NCBI GenBank assembly: GCA_002633005.1
Contig: NMRA01000389.1
Span: 186,001-250,000 of the forward strand
Direction of reading: 5' to 3'
Origin: Phoronis australis
Lineage: Eukaryota > Animalia > Phoronida
DNA length: 64,000 nucleotides
Shown: positions 58,756 through 64,000 of the stretch, piece by piece
Numbering within the stretch: position 1 is the first letter of the stretch
How the letters are laid out: every line of letters starts with the position of its first letter
Program-made: the position numbers and the translations under genes
Notes under the pieces: model-generated
The model's input: the letters and a program-made list of their open reading frames with translations, nothing else
What the model was told of the DNA's origin: nothing
Database searches by the model: none

Positions 58756-59988
58756 TTTGTCTAGTTATTTTGATATACAGTGTAGTGACAATTTCACTTA
58801 ATATGTACACAAAAACATTCTGCTTGAGTGGCATACAGAAGGCATGACACCCATAATAAATCCCATATTGTGAACAGTAAACAGACATGCCCAAATTTTG
58901 ACTACCGGTATAAAAAAAGAAAGAACTCGCAGCTATTCACACTTACTGACTTCTAATTAGATAACAGCGCGAGGATTCCAAGTTTTGAACAGTGAAGCAA
59001 ATAAAACTGCAAAAGCATAATTTGAAGGGATATTGGTTGAAACCCATCAGTTGATAATAAACATTTGAAGCAGTGCTGGTAGAGACTTGAGTGGCTTTAT
59101 AGGATATAAAAAATACACAGCAAAACTACAACATAACAATTCGATAGATATATTGTACGGCCAGTTTAGACTTATCATGCTCCATCAAAATGTAAGTTCC
59201 AGACATTAAACTGATTAAAAATATTTTATCAAAAACTTATAGCAAGAAGGTGAAATGGGAATATACAAAAGGTTTGTTGAAAGTTGTTAGTGGTGAACTT
59301 GTCGAGAGGATGGAGTGTCCATTCCCACCTGTATAGCACGTTTGATAATATAACTCAGCAAAATGATCGTTCCTGACCTTCTGCCATCCACAATACAGTC
59401 TCTGCTGCTGTTATCCATTCCCACCAAAACACAAGAACAGAAATCGAAATGACCGAGCACTGAAACGTAGTGATAACATCTTAAGCCTATGCTATGCCAA
59501 CAAAACTTTTACCTGTTTAATGCTTCTTCCGATTTACACTCCTGAGTAGCAAAGTTATACGTTTCAGTAGATATTTTAAAACCGAAATCAGTTTCCAGGA
59601 ACACGATTTTTGGCAATACTTGAAAGGTAAGTTTATTTTGACAATCACAACAGAAATCTTTGTCAATAAACTGAAGACAACAAAACAGTTACTTCGCTCT
59701 CCACTTAACAGTAAAATTCAATAGGAAAGTTGGTAGTTTTGTTACGAAAATTAGTAACAAAGAATAAAGTGATTGAAAAAGCAAAATGATATATTACCTA
59801 AACACAACACGGCAAATTTTACTTCTGACATATGCAGGTGCAATCCTAAAATGTTACCACCAGATAAATAGCATGACTGGAAAACAATGTACACATCAGA
59901 ACATATCAACAATCAGGCTGTGTTAACTGAGTGTTGTTGTTGTTGCATCAAACGAGTCTTCACAAATTCGTTCACAAGCTTTCATTTA

Positions 59989-62788
<2,800 letters not shown>

Positions 62789-63584
62789 CTACATTGATTT
62801 GTTTGGATGTTAAATGCAATACCTAATATGACCAAATAACAAAAGTTGAACAAGTTACTATTCGTCTATTATAGACATGGTTAGGATGATTCAAACAAGT
62901 GATATTGTCAGACGGAAAGTTGCGTAACACGTCGGTCAAAGTTTCTCAACTTTGCACTATTTCAATCATGCAAACGGACTAGACATAACAAGCACTAAAT
63001 TGCACCTCATTTTGCACTAAGTTTATAATAAGATAAAAACAATGTAAACTAGGCAAAACGAAGGAATTTGTCGAGTTGGAATAACAAGGCAATGGTTCTT
63101 TCTGCAGACTTCGCAGTGGCTGCTAGAACCAGACATCAACTATGTTTTCCTACCATCGTTGAAATGAACCAAAAGCCTCAACCAGACAGTAATGCGCATT
63201 AAAACACAGTTCTTGATTTCAAAGCTTACAAGCTGGTCAAATCTGGATTTTGTTCACTATCTTTACATATGCCACTACTTAACAATTCCCATGCACCTGT
63301 TTAACATACAACTGATGAAGATTTGATGGTCACATCTTTGATATTTCTATTAGTCCTTATTCCTTCAATCCTTCACCTTTGCAGTCCATAACTGAACACG
63401 AAAATTCCTGCAAATTTGCACTGGTCCAGTGACATGGGGAATGCCTCAGTCACATTTAACTTTTGAGATCGATGTAATGAGTTTCCACAAAAAAAATCGT
63501 CATATCGGACAAAAGTTGAGGGATTATCAGAATATAATTATGATGATGGCATCGTAAATCCCAAATCAGTACCAGTAATCTAAT

Positions 63585-64000
63585 AACAAGAGCAACACAG
63601 AGCGTTGACATGAGCTAAATGCATTGCAAACGGTGTGCTTTAGGGTTGTTTATTTGAGTCATAAAAATGGCCATTAGATGGCGCAAAAACGTAAAATCGA
63701 TCTGAAAATGCTTACATGTCATAGCTTCTTTAATAGAAAGCGAATAACCAAATTTCATATAAATCTGTCTCGGAACTTCAGAGAAACAAAGGAAAACAGA
63801 ATAAAATGAAATTGCTACACAGGGGCACAGTGTTCACTGGATCCGCCTGAAAGTCGTTGTCTGTTGTTAGCTTCATATAAATACACTTACTAAATTTTGT
63901 AAAGATCCAGCTGTGGGTTTAGGAGATACAGTTGTGGGTGCAAAACAAAACAAAACTACCATTGGAAACGCCACAGATCCAAAGTCGTCATCGTCAACCA
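63585..64000. repeat. Start of another copy of the Helentron-like family (cut by the window edge)
   Basis: aacaagagcaacacagagc...cataaaaatggccattagatggcgcaaaaa closely matches 37310-37650. Confidence 0.75.

Overview
Intron-rich, AT-rich animal (probably invertebrate) genomic DNA, not prokaryotic. I reconstructed three spliced genes by hand, with GT-AG sites and consistent exon phases: (1) the 3' 13 coding exons of ZSWIM8 (+ strand, 539-15718, about 1405 aa here; N-terminus lies upstream of the window); (2) an apparently complete follistatin-like 4/5 gene (- strand, 16 coding exons, 49819 to 26366, 898 aa: signal peptide, follistatin/Kazal, EF-hands, two Ig domains, beta-propeller), with a probable non-coding first exon near 51880-52000; (3) the last three coding exons of a UBE2D E2 enzyme (- strand, 62731 to 59989). 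Introns and intergenic DNA hold many non-autonomous transposons (a Tc2-like element, Harbinger-like and Kolobok-like MITEs, a Helentron-like family with internal tandem arrays), a decayed LINE fragment and minisatellites. Most ORFs in the track are spurious. I found no convincing novel biological system. The best leads are a possibly very long, hairpin-rich ZSWIM8 3' region, an AUG-stop minimal uORF, a basic/Thr-rich insert in the FSTL protein, a duplicated ZSWIM8 exon end, and a gene neighbourhood matching a vertebrate paralogon.
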